A DNA stretch of 63,031 bases, the filler included, from Octopus bimaculoides (lineage: Eukaryota): NCBI RefSeq assembly GCF_001194135.2. It is 7 parts of 5 records of this genome, joined end to end, with 100 filler letters (N's around TTAATTAATTAA, not from the genome) between each part and the next. Parts side by side here need not be neighbours in the genome. Positions count along the whole stretch, not along the records: positions 30,664 to 37,606 come from NC_068996.1; positions 37,707 to 42,015 come from NC_068981.1; positions 42,116 to 53,189 come from NC_068981.1; 4 more parts are not named here. One strand, 5' to 3'. Position 1 is the stretch's first letter. Each line of letters begins with the position of its first letter. The notes beneath the pieces are model-generated. The model made no database searches. It had not been told where the DNA came from and saw only the letters and a list, made by a program, of their open reading frames with translations. This document shows, in pieces, positions 37,251 to 49,575 of this stretch. Position numbers and translations under genes: made by a program.

Positions 37251-37727
37251 ATATGTGTGTCTGGATGCGTGCATGCATGCATACATACATACAAACAAAC
37301 ATACATACGTACATACATGCATACATACACACATACATACACGCACACACACACACATACATACATACATACATACATACATACATACATAAATACATAC
37401 ATACATAAATACATAAATACATACATACATACACATACATACATACATACATACATACATACAAACATACATATACATACATACATACATACATAAATAC
37501 ATACATACAAACATACATACATACATACATACATACACACATACATACATACAAACAAACATACATACGTACATACATGCATACATACACACATACATAC
37601 ACGCACNNNNNNNNNNNNNNNNNNNNNNNNNNNNNNNNNNNNNNNNNNNNTTAATTAATTAANNNNNNNNNNNNNNNNNNNNNNNNNNNNNNNNNNNNNN
37701 NNNNNNTATATATATATATATATATAT

Positions 37728-40700
37728 CATCGTTTAACGCCCGCCTTCCATGCTCGAATGTTGTTTTTCACGTGCCAACGGCACATGTGCCGGTAAGACG
37801 ACGCTGGCAACGGTCATGCCCGAATGATGCTTTTTACGTGTTACCGGCACGGGAGCCAATCTGTGGCCCTGGAAACGATCACGCTCGGATGTGCTTCTAA
37901 CGTTCCACTGGCACGAGTGCCAATCAGGCGGTTCTGTCATCGGTCATGTCAGCGATTTTGCCTCAATAGGTCTTCGCATATTGACATTACACATGCTTAC
38001 GCATGTCCTCAGAAGTCGCGGCCCATGTTTCACTACTGTGTAGCATGTCAGTTCGCACACATGCGGCATACAGTCTACCTTTTATTCTGAGCGGGAGGCT
38101 CTTTGTGACCAGCAGAGGTAGAAGCTCCCTGAACTTTGCCCAGGCTATTCTTATTCTAGCAGCTACACTTTTAGAGTATCCACCCCTGCTACGGACATGA
38201 TCCCCTAGGTAGCGGAAGCTATAAACTACTTCTAGTTTTTCTCCCTGGAATGTGACAGAAACTGTTCTCTGCAAAGTTTCTGTGTTTATAGCACCTGAGC
38301 ATTTGCTACATAGAAAAACTATCTTCCCAGTTAGCCTTCTTTTGATATTGCTGCACCTCTTATGTGTCCATAGCTTACATTGGGTACATCCTATGGAGTT
38401 TCTACCTATGCCTTTTCTACAGATCGAGCAGGGCCATCTACTTGAAGAGATTTGTGGTTTGTCTGTCTTCTTATTTATTAAACTTTGGTTTTAGCTAGGT
38501 TGACTCTAAATTCCTTCGATTCTAATCTTTGCTTCCACACCTAAAACTTTTCCGCTAGTTCTGATAGTGACTCAGCAATTAGAGCAAGGTCATCAGCATA
38601 GAGGAGCTATGTCTTGAATTCCTCTATCAATGGCTGGAGGGCTATGATGAATAAGACGGGGCTGAGGATAGATCCTTGGTGGACCCCTACCCCTATTCGG
38701 AATTCTTCACTGTACTCGTTGCCAACTCTCACCTTACTGACAGCTTCCCTATACATGGCTTGCACAGCTCTCACTAACCATTCATCTATCCCTCGTTTCC
38801 TCATTGACCACCAGATAAGGGATTGGGGGACCCTGTCAAAGGCTTTCACCATGTCGACGAAAGCCAGGTACAGAGGATTATATTTGGCTAGGTGTTGCTC
38901 CTGCAGCTGTCGTACCAGAAACATAGCATCACTAGTGCTTTTCCCTGGCACGAACCCGAACTGCATCTCATCTAAACTGAATCTCTCCCTAAATAGTTGG
39001 GCTATGACCCTCTCCATGACTTTCTTTACTTGATCCAACAACTTGATACCTCTGTAATTATTTGTATCTAAAGCGTCACCTTTACCTTTGTAGCAGTTGA
39101 CTATGATGCCACTACACCAGTTATTGGGTATGACTGCTTTATGTATCACCTGGTTAACTATACGGATGATTAGGCTATAGCCAACACCGCCAGATATTTT
39201 GAGCATCTCTGCGGTGATTCCTCATGGGCGGGGGTCTTTTCCTGTCTTCATACCCTTAATTACTTTATCTACCAAGGTACTATCAATTCGGATAGCTGGT
39301 CCCTCTGTTGGGTCGACATTCGGCAGACTCTCTTTCTCCCATTCATTCTCTTTCTTGAGCAACCTTTCATATTGCTGTCTCCAAACCTCTCTTTTTGCAG
39401 CCACGTTTAAGGCAAGTGAACCATCATCCATGCGGACACATTTCTCTCCTACGACATCACGATTCTCTCTCACACACTGTCTTGCAACACTAAATACTTC
39501 AAGTCTATGGATCTCACGGCACAAAACATCGGCAAATTTGTTTCTTATCTACTCCCCCCTGGCTAAATAAACCTGTCTCTTAGCTTCCCTCCTGGCAGTC
39601 TGATACAATTCCCTGCCACCACCATCTTCCAGTCCTTCCAAACCTCTTTCTTTTCTCTAATAGCCCTGTCAAGAACATTGTTCCACCACCACGTTACCTT
39701 GTGTCGAGAGGGGACTTTGCACCATCCACAGATCTGGTCAGTGGCCCTCAGCAGGCTGTCATGTAGAAACCTCCAGTTGTCTTCCACATCATGTAATGCT
39801 ATATTCGTCAAAAGCTTCGAGTAATATGTCTCTAAATCTCTGTCCATTCGCAGGATCTTTAAACTCTCAGACCCTTCTCATCCATGCTGGTCGTCTTCTG
39901 GGCATCTATTTAGCCCTGATCCTGAAGTTGCTAACTACTAGACTATGTTGTGGGATACATTCTTCGCCTGGGAATGTTTTGGCATTTATAAGCAGGCATC
40001 TTTTCCTTTTTCTGGCGAGGATATAGTCAATTCGGTTAGTGTGTCTGCCAGAACGGTAGGTGACTAGGTGACTGGCAGGTTTCCTGAAGTTAGTATAACA
40101 AACCATAAAATAATTTGCATCGCAGAACTCCAGCAGTTTGGTTCCCTCCTCATTGCGGGAACCAAAACCATAGCCTTCATGTACGCCATGGAAGCACCCT
40201 GCATGTTGTCCAACATGTCAAGTGAAGTCACCAGCCACAAAAAGAAGGTCCCTGTCATTCGTCAACGAGGTAGTCTGCAAGAAGGTGTCATAAAATCGGT
40301 CTTTTTGTCCATCAGGTAGCCCCCGGCTGAGGGGCATAGGCCGAGGTAATGGTCGCTAACCCATGATGTAGAACTAATCTAATCTTAAGTATTCTATCGC
40401 ATACTCTGACTACCTCGATTACCTTATCAACCCATTTCTTCGCAAGAATTATAGCCCCGACCCCATCAGTGTTCCATGCCCAGAAAATCTTGTACCTGTT
40501 TTCTTTGCCCATGAGAAACCTAGCGGAACCTCCTCTCCACCTTACTTCTTGGAGGCAGCATAAATCGACATACATCCGTTCAAGCATCTCAACAATTTCA
40601 CCAGACCTACCTTTCAGTGTGCCCACGTTGAGTGTGCCAACTCTGAGGTTGCGGGACGTGTGAGCCCGTGAGACCCTGGGATGAGGGACAGTAGCGTCAT

Positions 40701-40900
40701 GTACCTGAAAAGAAAGCTCACATTTGGTAGAAATCATAAACAAACAATAGCCTTCAACCTGCATACACTACGCCATCATTTTTATGCACTATACGATCAC
40801 TACCGTACATAGTAGATAAACCCTAAGTAGGGGTGGGGATGGCGTTAAGCCTTTAGAAGTGTTCATGGGAGACAACCAAAGGATGGCAGAGGATAGGAAC
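37728..40900 (-). mobile_element. RTE-clade LINE, near full length, with stops and frameshifts
   Basis: APE (LRVGTLNVGTL, QEVRW, SAYAP, NRIDYIL) and RT (NYRGIKLL, QFGFVPGKST, AFVDMVKAFDRVP, GVHQGSILSP, LYADD at about 38590-38605). 3' end ...CGTTAAACGATGA at about 37730. Confidence 0.92.
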
Positions 40901-40964
40901 TTCTGGTACAGGTGGAAGGGGTGGGAGGGCGGTCGTACCGCGAGATAGGAAAATTAGACGAGAG

Positions 40965-41725
40965 CATCTTCTGGATTCGTATTCTTTCGGCAGAGTTATT
41001 AAAAGTCAAGTAGGGGAATCCGAGTGCGTGCGCTAGTCTATAGAGGGTGGGGTGGTCATGGAGGAGGGGGAAGTGTTGGCGAAGCAAGTGGTAATCGAAA
41101 GAGAGAGACAGAGTGAGGCAAAGAGGGAGAGGGGGAAGAGGTAGGGTGGTGAAAAATATTCTTTTGGGATTTTGGATAATATAATTTAATGAAACAGCAA
41201 ATGGTGATAATAGTGAAATAGAATTGAAAAATCTTGGAATTTTCGATGAGACAATCGGTGACAAAATTAGAGAAATATGTGACGATGTGACAAAATTGAA
41301 TAAATGAATATGTGACGTATATCGAATATGCATGAACTTAAGTTTATCTTAAGACAACAGCGAGGAAGACGAAACTACGTTTAAACTATGCTTACATGGT
41401 AATGAAATAGATAGAATAATGAAAAGAACTAATAAAGGGTTTATGATCTGCGCAGAAATAAAGAGGTAGATGTAAGAAATTGAAAAGACAAAATTCCTTA
41501 TCTGATCATCTTCTGAATTCGTATTCTTTCGGCGGAGTTATAAAAAATCAAGGTGAGGAATCCTAGTGTGTGCGCTAGTTTATATAGTGTGGGGTGGTGG
41601 TGGAGGAGAGGGGAAGTATTGGTGAAACAGAGAGTGTGAGACAGTGAGGCAGAGAGAGAGGGGGCCAGAGTTAGGGTGGTCAGGGAAAGAACGTGAGGGA
41701 GAAAAATATCTTTTGTGATTTTGAG

Positions 41726-41730
<5 letters not shown>
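40965..41730. repeat. Diverged direct repeat, 40965-41183 and 41507-41730 (offset about 542 bp)
   Basis: Both copies start CATCTTCTG.ATTCGTATTCTTTCGGC.GAGTTAT and end AAAATAT.CTTTTG.GATTTTG. Confidence 0.8.
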
Positions 41731-41766
<36 letters not shown>

Positions 41767-41790
41767 CAGTCTGTTAAAGTCTGTCATACC

Positions 41791-41830
41791 GGCCATGACG
41801 AAGGGAAATAGCCCTGAAACTCGAGTCGCC
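41791..41830 (+). ncRNA. Minimal type I hammerhead motif with one extra base in the core
   Basis: GGC-C(A)TGACGA-AGGG-AAATAG-CCCT-GAAAC-TCGA-GTC-GCC. Helix III palindrome ACTCGAGT. Confidence 0.55.
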
Positions 41831-42115
41831 TTTATATATATATATTTATATTTATATATTTATATATTTGATCCTTTATATTGAACACTCAATATTTCAT
41901 CTACATTCAATACTTTCTTTCATGGTGCCATCCATTTTTATTTTATTTTATTTTATATTGTATATTCCATAGCCTATACCCCACATTAGTTCTGCAGGAA
42001 TATAAATAAAACATANNNNNNNNNNNNNNNNNNNNNNNNNNNNNNNNNNNNNNNNNNNNTTAATTAATTAANNNNNNNNNNNNNNNNNNNNNNNNNNNNN
42101 NNNNNNNNNNNNNNN

Positions 42116-42161
<46 letters not shown>

Positions 42162-42344
42162 AAAGCTTAATAGCTTTACTTGAACCATTTGGTTTCATTT
42201 TGTTGGGCAAACAAACATAATTTCTCTTTTATATACATAGATTATACACACACACAACATTTATAGTTTTCGTAAGACAATAAAGTATGGAACGAAATCG
42301 CTGCCATAATATATTATAGATATAGTAATAATATATATAGGTTC

Positions 42345-42790
42345 AGGCGTGACTGTGTGATAAGAAGTTTTCTTCTTACTACATGGTTCCGGATTCACTC
42401 CCACAGCATGGCCCAAGGTGCCACGCTGTGGGACTCAATCCGGAACCATATAGGTGCCACGCTGTGGGAGATGATAATCTTCTGCTATAGCCTCGGGCCA
42501 ACCAAGGCCTTGTGAGTGGATTTGGTTGACGGAAACTGAAAGAAGCCTGTCGTATATGTGTATATAAGCATATACATGGGTATATGCGTCTATGTGTCCC
42601 TTACCACAGCTTAACACCGGTGCTGGTGTGTTTACGTCCTCGTAGCTTAGCAGTTCGGCGTAAGAGACCAATGGAATAAGTACCAGGCTTAAAATTAAAT
42701 ACTGGGGTTGATCCATTCGGCTGAAATTCTTCAAGACGATGCCCCAACATATTTGCAGTCTAATGATTGAAACAAGTAAAAGAATAAAAA
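42345..42790 (+). mobile_element. SINE family B with small internal inversion/duplication
   Basis: Head, an inverted CCAAGGTGCCACGCTGTGGGACTCAATCCGGAACCA segment, then tail. Confidence 0.8.
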
Positions 42791-43007
42791 TATGCTCGTA
42801 CATAAGTCGACTTATTGCCAAATACATATTGAAAAATTAAGTGTGTGTTTGTGTGTGTGTGTGATGGATATATTTTAGAATTCACTGGTCAGTGAGTTCA
42901 GTTGCTGTGAGTAGAAAATCTCGATAGCTTTAATTAGCGAAGGGCAACTGCAGATTTAATTAACTGTAACCACCCTCCGAAATGTGTGGCCGTATGGCAT
43001 AAGAAAT

Positions 43008-43340
43008 TATAGGCATATCTGGGTGATTGAAAAATTCACTTTGCTACCACATGATTTGGGGTTCAGTTCCAATGCGTGGTATCCTGGACAAGTGTCATCT
43101 ACTACAGTCTGGGATTGACCGATGCCTTGCGTATGATTTTGGTAGAAAGAAACTGAAGAAACCTGTAGTGTGTGTATTTGTATCCCCATTCCCGCTTGAC
43201 AACTAATATCGATCTGTATACGTCCCCATAACTCAACAGTTCGGCAAAAGTGACCGATAGATTACAGGACCTAGAAAATAAGTACTAAAGTCGATTTGTT
43301 CGACTAAAACCCTCTATGCTATAGCATGGCCGCAGCCCAG
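43008..43340 (+). mobile_element. SINE family B, diverged
   Basis: Head, CORE-like segment and tail motifs recognisable. Confidence 0.75.
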
Positions 43341-43824
43341 TTTTTTTTTTATGGGTAAGGAATAGCAGTAACAGACAAAGTGTTCTTATATAATTCTGAG
43401 TCAAAATCCCTTTTAAGTAGTCCATAAAAATGCGTACTAGTCAAGTACAGGAGTCGATTACCGGCCAATTATTGAACTAAACTTTGTGAAGATAGGAAAT
43501 TGACTCAAAGCATCCAATGTGACCGTTACTAAAACGGCGGCGGGTATGATATACCATAGATTTGGCTGCTATTCCTAGCCGGTTGTATGACCACGTAGAA
43601 GCCTCTCAGTAAGTCAAGAAATATTCTTTGATGCGTGCCTTCTGTCTGTCTCTGAGTGTGGCTTCCAAGTTACTTCTCTCATTGAGTGAGAAGTCGTACT
43701 CAGTTGCATTTTCACAATTCCATGTGTAGAAAGACTTACTAACAAAGAAAACCTTTGTTATTTTTGTTTTCAATTTCCTTTTTACGTCTTTTATGACCCG
43801 TTGTTTACAACACCTGTTCATTAA

Positions 43825-44015
43825 ATCTGGTTAGCTAGAATCGTTAGAGCATCAAATAAAATCCTTGATCAATTTAGTGACGGTCTATATATATTGGGTT
43901 CAAATCCCGCTGAAATCTACTTTGCCTTCTATCTTTCCGGAGTCGATTAAATAGGTCCAGCAAACTACCCAGATTGCTATATACTCTCCCAAAATGTAGT
44001 ACTTTGTATCAATGT
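43825..44015 (+). mobile_element. SINE family A, diverged
   Basis: GGTTAGCTAGAATCGTTAG...GGTTCAAATCC...TTTGCCTTCTATCTTTCCGGAGTCGAT. Confidence 0.7.
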
Positions 44016-44644
44016 TATATATTAATACTATGTAGTCTGTTTAGGGATAGATAATATAAAAATGAATTCGTCTTTTAGATCGAATTTACGCTAATTTCAT
44101 TAAGAAAATTGTTCTTCCTGGATTAATACTTACCAGCCAATAAGATCACAGCATATCAATTCGGTTGAGTAACTAACCACAGACGAGTCGACCATCTGCA
44201 TCTTGCTTTTGGCACTGTAATATGAATCTAAATTACGTGATTTGCATTTCACGTAGTGGAAAATAGACGCATCTCACTGTTGTAAATAGCGACAACACTC
44301 GAAAATTAACTCGCGCTTGCAGTGCTGATTTTCAACTTCCTCAATGGTTAAAAAGTGGAGAGATGATATGAGTTCTGCCAAGCAGAGTATGTTCTTGGAT
44401 GCGTTGCCGACGAATTTATTCAGAGACATGATCACCTACTTCTCTCGTTTTCTTTAAATGCAACGAAATCAATCAGGCTCTCAGCTGAGAACTTATGCCT
44501 AGAAGGAAGCATGAGCGTTATTTTCGAGCAAGACAGCTATATATTAACAGTATCGTTTTTCAGTCTTTTGACATGCATTTCAACAAAGAGAAAACATGAC
44601 TCATGATATCGTTAAAATATTTAACTTTTAAAGTCTTTCTAAAA

Positions 44645-44731
<87 letters not shown>

Positions 44732-45284
44732 ACCTCGCTCCCGCTTTTTATTTTTTTAATTTTTTTTATTCCATGTCGACTCTGGCTGAACAGATATGAT
44801 CACCAGCCTTCCAGCTGTTTCCACTCGTTTTATTCTTCTCGATATAGTGTGTCAATTACGACTTTTGTACCAAAGTTTTATTTTTCTTTTCTTTTCACTT
44901 GGACTTCCTTTTTATGACTGCAATGTGGTTTTAACGGAAATACGTCTGCTATTCCTTGTTTATCGGATGATCACACAGTTTCTGCTTTGGCTTCAATAAC
45001 ACACAATAAAATGGGATCTCAGATTCGGTTTCCCGCTTAACAAAGTGGCAAACACTTAAGTTACGACGCTCCCTTTTAATTATATTAATACTACTTACCT
45101 TATTGATACCTCAATGGATTTCATTAAACAATTATAGAGATGACAACTAAATTATGTATTTCCTCGAAAACTTTAGTTTCTGCGAACTCACTGGTTCCTG
45201 AGTCAGCAAAAGTGTCTGTACATGGCTTTTTCTCAAATCGCACATTCATGTCGTAAGAAAAGAGGCAATGGACGGCCTTTTATT

Positions 45285-45640
45285 TGTTACGTTTTTCAGT
45301 CATTGGACTACAAGGAGCACCACCTTTAACGGTTTAGTCGAACAAATCGTTTCTCAATAGGTCTTTCTTTTTTTTTTATTCAAACCTGGTAGTTTCTCTA
45401 ACCTAGTCTTTTGTTGAACCAATAAGTTAAGGGACGTAAAGAAACCAGCAGCGGTTGTCAAGGGGTGAGGACAAGCACACACCTGCACATTTACGGCGGG
45501 CTTCCACTATCCGGGTCCCTAATTCACTCACGAGGCATAGGTCGGTCCGGGGCTATAGTAGAAGACACTTGCCTAAGGTGCCGCACTGTGGGACTGAATC
45601 TAAAACCACGTGACTTCAAAGTGAACTCCTTAACCAGACG
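45285..45640 (-). mobile_element. SINE family B, diverged
   Basis: Tail and head on the minus strand. Confidence 0.8.
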
Positions 45641-45924
45641 GCCATTATCCAATACAAGAAATACCTAGAATAAGCGGCAGGCAAGCATAAATTTTACATA
45701 TGATTCCTAATTTGTCTTTAACAGCTGTTTCAATGAAATATAAACATTTATATAATTACATAATATACATAATTTAAATGTTATTCCAGCTATGATTTAG
45801 AGTTTAACGATGTGTTAATAATTAAGTTCTTAAATACCGTAGATATATTTTTACACATCACTTCGGTATATGAAAGATAGGTAAAAGAAAGAGGTAGACA
45901 GATAAATAGATTCGCCATGATAGA

Positions 45925-46110
45925 TCGCTAACCATTACACACATTTGTTTTTCTCTCCTTGTTTCTTTCTGTGTTCCTTTCTGTGGAAGAGCGTAGGCTC
46001 GAAACGTTAAAAACTTTTTCAATTCCTAAGCGTTATACTAATACATCTGTTTGTTTTCTACACCACCTGTCTTCGTCTGTTGTTTTTTTTTTTGTGAATT
46101 CTCCCTATAG
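45925..46110 (+). mobile_element. Short element carrying a hammerhead-like motif (45976-46013)
   Basis: CCTTT-CTGTGGA-A-GAGC-GTAG-GCTC-GAAAC-GTT-AAAAA. Sister copies at 11715 and 20385. Confidence 0.7.
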
Positions 46111-47771
46111 ATAGATAGATAGATAGATAGAGAGACAGAGAGACAGAGAGAGAGAGACAGAGGGAGAGACAGACAGACAGACAGGTAAGCTAATCGGTAC
46201 TGACACCACTTATAAGGATACTCTAAGAACAATTTGGAGTAGTTATATTTGACTCGATCGAAAATTCTGGTACCGTGTACTGCTTCTTAGCGTAACACGT
46301 AATAACTATGTGTGTGTGTTTAGATATGAGATTCGTCAGAATCAAGGTACTTTAATATTCAGGACACCAGAAAAGGGTCGTGTGTAGTAAATCAGCTTCA
46401 AATTACATCCTACCATGTTAGAGAGTGGTAATGAGAGAAATTGAATAATGTAGAGTTACAGACATTTATGCTAGAGAGAGAGAGACAGACAGAGAAGCTG
46501 ATCGTAACAAGAATGACTTTCGCCATAGATTTGAACAATAAGGGTAGACTTGAGGTTCAGCGATAACTCGTCGACCACCAGTTCATTTGCTCTAAACACT
46601 GAATCATCGTCGCTATACTAATGAGACTTAATACTTCTAAACTAACATACAAATAAACATAAACATAAGATCCGGTTCAAGTCACAATCCCAAGTTTTGT
46701 AAATCCAACGAATTATTGAAATATTTTATGCGGTGTAGAAATGATATATCCGTTATGGAAATGACAGGCAACATTCGTGAAGATGTGGGTTGTGTATCCA
46801 CAAGTTATTTCAATATCCGCCTGAACTTGCCCTATATCGTTGATGTTTTCAAAAATGTTGATGATAGCTGAATAAGATCGACAATTTAGATATCTATACG
46901 TATTCTTAAAGCAGAATGCTTACGCTATAAGACAATTACATGCTTACAAATAAAGGACCATTCCTAGCTCTAGGCATTTCCGGTAAAATAAAGGAGTGTT
47001 CTCTTTTCTAGATATCTCTTTTTAAATTTTGATTATCTCAAAATCTCTTGAGAATAATACAGGTTCGGTTTCGCTTCTCGTTGTTTACACTGGGGCCGTT
47101 ATACTTTTGTGTCTAACCCCAAATTCACGCATTTATCGCAGCGTCTGGTCAATCCTTACCAGAATGCAGCCTTCTGAAATTCCCTCCTTGCTCATAGCCT
47201 TTTCGCAGGTGTTGATTGACAAAGGTTCAAGTGGAAAAGAAATCTTATTGGTCAATGAGGGCTTGCGAAAGCCATAGGCTCAGCCCCATCCTCCAGCAAG
47301 CAAGAAGCAACAAAAACAAGACTACACCCAGCCTGACATGAGAAGTGGTTGGCAATTAGACAACAATAACTACGGTTCCCACGACATTTCTATTCACTTT
47401 TCGTTATTAAGTAGAAATAATGGGTTTTCCGAACATATTTTTAACCACTTGTTTAACTATTTTATTTATTAGTTTGGCTCGTGGGATTTTTTTTATTTTC
47501 AAGTCTTAAGATGTTTTCAAGTTTTTTAATGCATACCATCAATTTTATTTCTATGTAGTCTTGTAATTTGTTCGGTGTATAATTAATCTCTCTCCACCCC
47601 ATCAACATTTTAGTCAAATTATTGTATCAATTTCAAAATGCAAGAGAATCTTTAAATCTATATAGAAAAAAGTGTTATATCATCTTATTTTGTGTATCAA
47701 ATCATATTATATTGTATCGTTATATTATATTATATTATATTATATCATATATTTTCTTTTTATAATTTCAG

Positions 47772-48693
47772 AATAACAGAACAAATTCTAATATGGGTTG
47801 GAGTGATTCTAGCAATCTGGTGCTTGACTGCAACGGATGTTTTACAATATCCACTGTTTTTTCCTGAAGGAGTACACATATCCAAAGTTCTTAAAATGAC
47901 GTACAATTTCAGCATAGGCAAATATTTCTATCTTTGCTTTGTACGGATTTTTTCTATGAAAGACAGGTATCCAGCAGTACTTATTCACCATTTCGTCGCA
48001 CTCAGCACTTACATTGTGATCAACGGATTTGAACAAAACATGTTTGCCGGTTTGCTTGGTCCCTTTATGGAAACAACTTCGTCGCCGGTTATACTTTTAA
48101 AAATTGCAAATAAACTTAATCGTTCAGAAACGAAGTCAAAATCAAGCTTCAAATTGCATTTCATAGAGTTGGTCGCTATGGTTTTACTTCGAGGAGTCTG
48201 TCCAATTGTTAGTTTCATTTATATTTATAACAAACAGCACATCTTTGCTATGGAAAGTATTCCTCTTGCGTTCTTCTTTTTGTCAATCGTTTTCTTTGGA
48301 ATTATCAATACATGGCTTATTTTTAGATTGGCTTTCAATTTACGCTTTGTATGGCAGCTGAATAAATCACAAAGCAGACCACCAGTTTTATCCAACGATA
48401 AACATTCTTTCTACTTGAATATCCTTTCATATTTACACATAAAATGCGACAAAAATAAGCACTCAAAATGCATGACATCCCAAAACCCTAAATCTATTTT
48501 GAAGAACAATTCGGTATCTACTGTTCCAAAAGTATCCGGTGAAAAAAGTAATAAAGCTATCCAATTTCACCATAATGATTTTAGTACGTCTACAGATACT
48601 AACAGAGTTAAAAACACGGGCATCAGTGAAAGTAAAGATCTGTATCATTTAAATGCATACAAGACTGAACAGTTTAACAAAGAAACAGTTTGA
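47772..48693 (+). CDS. Terminal coding exon of a TLC (TRAM/LAG1/CLN8)-domain multi-pass membrane protein; upstream exon(s) not found
   Basis: Open frame to TGA at 48691-48693. Polypyrimidine tract and acceptor ttttctttttataatttcAG (47770-47771), phase 2. About 5-6 hydrophobic segments. TLC-like motifs FSIGKYFY, LIHHFVA, FMETTSSP and LLRG, then a hydrophilic tail. AATAAA at 48733-48738. Confidence 0.8.
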
Positions 48694-49194
48694 ACTTCCA
48701 CAATTAAAATACCGGTAGTCTTTGACAACCAAAATAAAAGCTTCAGTGCCATACCATTTAAATCATTTGTAAATTTCATATACGTTGTTCAAAATACAGA
48801 AATTGTTGTACTCTGTTAACACTTATACTTTTATTATTTTATTTTAAATGTTCTAAAAGATTATTTATGAAGAAAAAATATTTTTTTATTCTAAACTGTC
48901 GTTTTTGTTATTCTTTTATTTGTTAGAGGAGAATGACCGAATGTTTTTGTGTGAAGATATCGCTCAATCGGTCTTTTCTTTAATGTATGTTAAGTGTCGA
49001 TATCCATAATGCTGGGAACATAAAAACAAAACGAATAGGAAAAAATTATTCTGTGTGGGGAGAAAAAGCAATATAAATGGTAAAAGATTTGTCTGTACAA
49101 ACTAATTCATTGAAGGCAAGGTTTCGATTTTAAAATTTAATACATTTTCGTAGATTGTATAATTCACAGAGAAAACTGGGAAGATTACAGTCTT

Positions 49195-49354
49195 ACTCTT
49201 TTACTTGTTTCAGTCATTTGACTGTGGCCATGCTGGAGCAACGCCTTTAGCCGAACAAATCGACCCAGGACTTATTCTGCCGAACCGCTAAGTTACGGGG
49301 ACGTTAACACACCAGCAGCGGTTGTCAAGCGATGTTGGGGGGACAAACACGGGG

Positions 49355-49422
<68 letters not shown>

Positions 49423-49575
49423 GATGGGCTTCTTTCAGTTTCCGTCTACCAAATCCACTCACAAGGCTTTGGTCGGCCCGAGGCTACAGTAGAAGAAACC
49501 TGCCCAAGGTGCCACGCAGTGGGACCGAACCCGGAACCATGTGGTTCATAAGCAAGCTACTTACCACACAGCCAT
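49195..49575 (-). mobile_element. SINE family B, well preserved
   Basis: Full tail and head on the minus strand. Confidence 0.9.

Noticed and set aside
47244-47300. Type II SECIS-like fold (ATGA...AAA...mini-stem)
   Set aside because: The 3' side reads CCAT rather than the required NGAN, and ATGA-to-AA spacing is 9 nt rather than 11-12. There is no upstream selenoprotein ORF, and the site appears intronic.
47692-47771. GTG start and MYQIILY... N-terminus of the 333-aa ORF
   Set aside because: AT-rich (TATAT)n and a polypyrimidine tract ending in a canonical AG. This is intron sequence, not coding.
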